Shown one piece after another: positions 62,519-64,000 of a stretch of 64,000 nt of DNA (within the stretch, counting starts at the first letter, position 1; each line of letters opens with the position of its first letter). The stretch comes from Convolutriloba macropyga (lineage: Eukaryota). Position numbers and translations under genes: made by a program. Location of the stretch: positions 26,970,001 to 27,034,000 of the forward strand of contig NC_134477.1 of assembly GCF_964194025.1 (NCBI RefSeq). Direction: 5' to 3'. The notes under the pieces are model-generated. The model was not told the DNA's origin. It saw nothing but the letters and a program-made list of their open reading frames with translations, and searched no databases.

Positions 62519-64000
62519 TCCTCCGACCCGGAAGATGTCGAAAAAATTGGTACAAGTTTTACAAGTGGGCGGACGAATGGACCGGTCGAAGTACGTAAAA
62601 CGGTGGAGAGCGCGACGCCGTTGGAGCCGTAACTGAGTTCCGCCATGCAACCGGTAGAGTAGTAACCACTAGGGTTGGTTTACTCAACTACACAAACCAA
62701 GTCACCGGTCTTACAGTGTTGCTCGGCAGGTGTCTGCCACTTAGAACGTCGGTTCAGCGTCGGTACGTACTCTCTGATCCAGCGGGACCAAATAGCGTTA
62801 GCGTACGATTGCGCACGGGCGTAACGTTTACGATAGTCAAAATCTTTATTGCCGACAAGAGACCGGATACTGGTAGAGTAATCTCCTAAAAGAAAGTAGT
62901 TGAGTGTTATAGCGTTCAAATTGCCCGGATCAGCGCATGCGGGTGTTACAGGACGCGAATTGAGAGCACGCTTCACGAGACAGAAGGTAGTATGCTGCTC
63001 CTCATCCGTGAAGTGATGCGTCCTAAAAATAGTATAGTACAATACGCGCTTGAAGCTCGTACCAACCTCTCCCAGATACCACACTGATATGTTGCTGGAT
63101 TGAACTTCAACTTTATTCTTTTGTGAGCGAGCTTAGCTGCAATGTTGACAACGTTCCACTTTTCAACACTTTCCCGGAGTTTTTTCTCCGTTCCAATGAA
63201 GTTAGTTTTACTGGCCGACCAAATCCGAGTAGTAACACAGGTGAAGAGGAAACCCAACCTCTTCTCAGTAGTACGGCGGACAGCAACAGAAAACGGCCCA
63301 AAGTAGTCAACGCCGGCATTCGTGAAGGGAGGTGACCGGTAAGCAAGTCTGTCGTTAGGTAATTCAGACATGATTGGTTGCATAGCTGGAGCTTGCAATT
63401 TTCGTCATCTCAGGCAGTGTGCTTTGATGGAACGCAAAGATGATCTTAGTTTAACTTATTTTTGTTCAGGAAGATCCCTTCTTTCGGCTTCACTGGATTC
63501 TCTTGCACCAAGTACTGGAGATGACGCTGGGTTTCGTAAAACTCAGCAGGCTCAATACTGCTACCATCATCGAGGTTACGGTAGCCGGCATGCTTTTGCA
63601 GAAGTCGGAAAACGTATGCGGCATTATGCAGGTACTTTTGATATGAACAAAGTTTGTCAAATGGGAAAACGACAGAACACAGAACGGGAGTTGTCTATTT
63701 TTTAGCAGCTGTAGCCAAAGATACAGTGTCTTCTATAAAGACTGCTTTGTTGACAACAAGTTTGATGTTGTTTATTGTGCATTTGTTCGGTACGAACGGG
63801 AAATGTGAATTACTTAAGAAATGCGGATCTTTGACCCAACTGCTTAGTTGCAAAGCTTCAACAAACAATCTACGCGCTCCAATGTCAGTTGGGTTATCAT
63901 CTTTTGCGACTTGTCTGCATTCGTTAACGTTTGTATACTCCAAAATTTCGCAAACACGGATTGCAACAAATATTGGTTGATTTTTATTAGAGTTATTTCA
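62519..64000 (-). mobile_element. BEL/Pao pol 3' part (RNase H end, integrase, DUF5641), truncated by the window edge
   Basis: DNPTDIGAR; PPFTNAGVDYFGPF...FLFTCVTTR; GIWERLVR; LNSRPVT; WSRWIREYVPTLNRRSKW...GDLVCVVE. Confidence 0.92.

Overview
AT-rich, repeat-dense eukaryotic DNA (most likely an invertebrate animal; inference from TE content, spliced-exon signals and an N gap). No prokaryotic operons, RNA genes or CRISPR array were seen. The main feature is a full-length but decayed 9.4-kb Ty3/Gypsy LTR element (47484-56922; paired ~437-bp LTRs, ATAA target-site duplication). After gag and PR-RT-RH-IN it carries an env ORF that resembles chuvirus-type (Monjiviricetes, class III) fusion glycoproteins and starts in a TAATG stop/start overlap with pol. 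A fourth, orphan ORF (disordered N-terminus, beta-rich block, coiled coil, basic tract) lies between env and the 3' LTR. The rest of the window holds several degraded BEL/Pao relics, two CCC...GGG foldback elements with 2-bp flanking duplications, two near-identical kb-scale tandem duplications, three adjacent tandem arrays and a few candidate host exons. All family calls come from motif recognition by eye; no searches were run.
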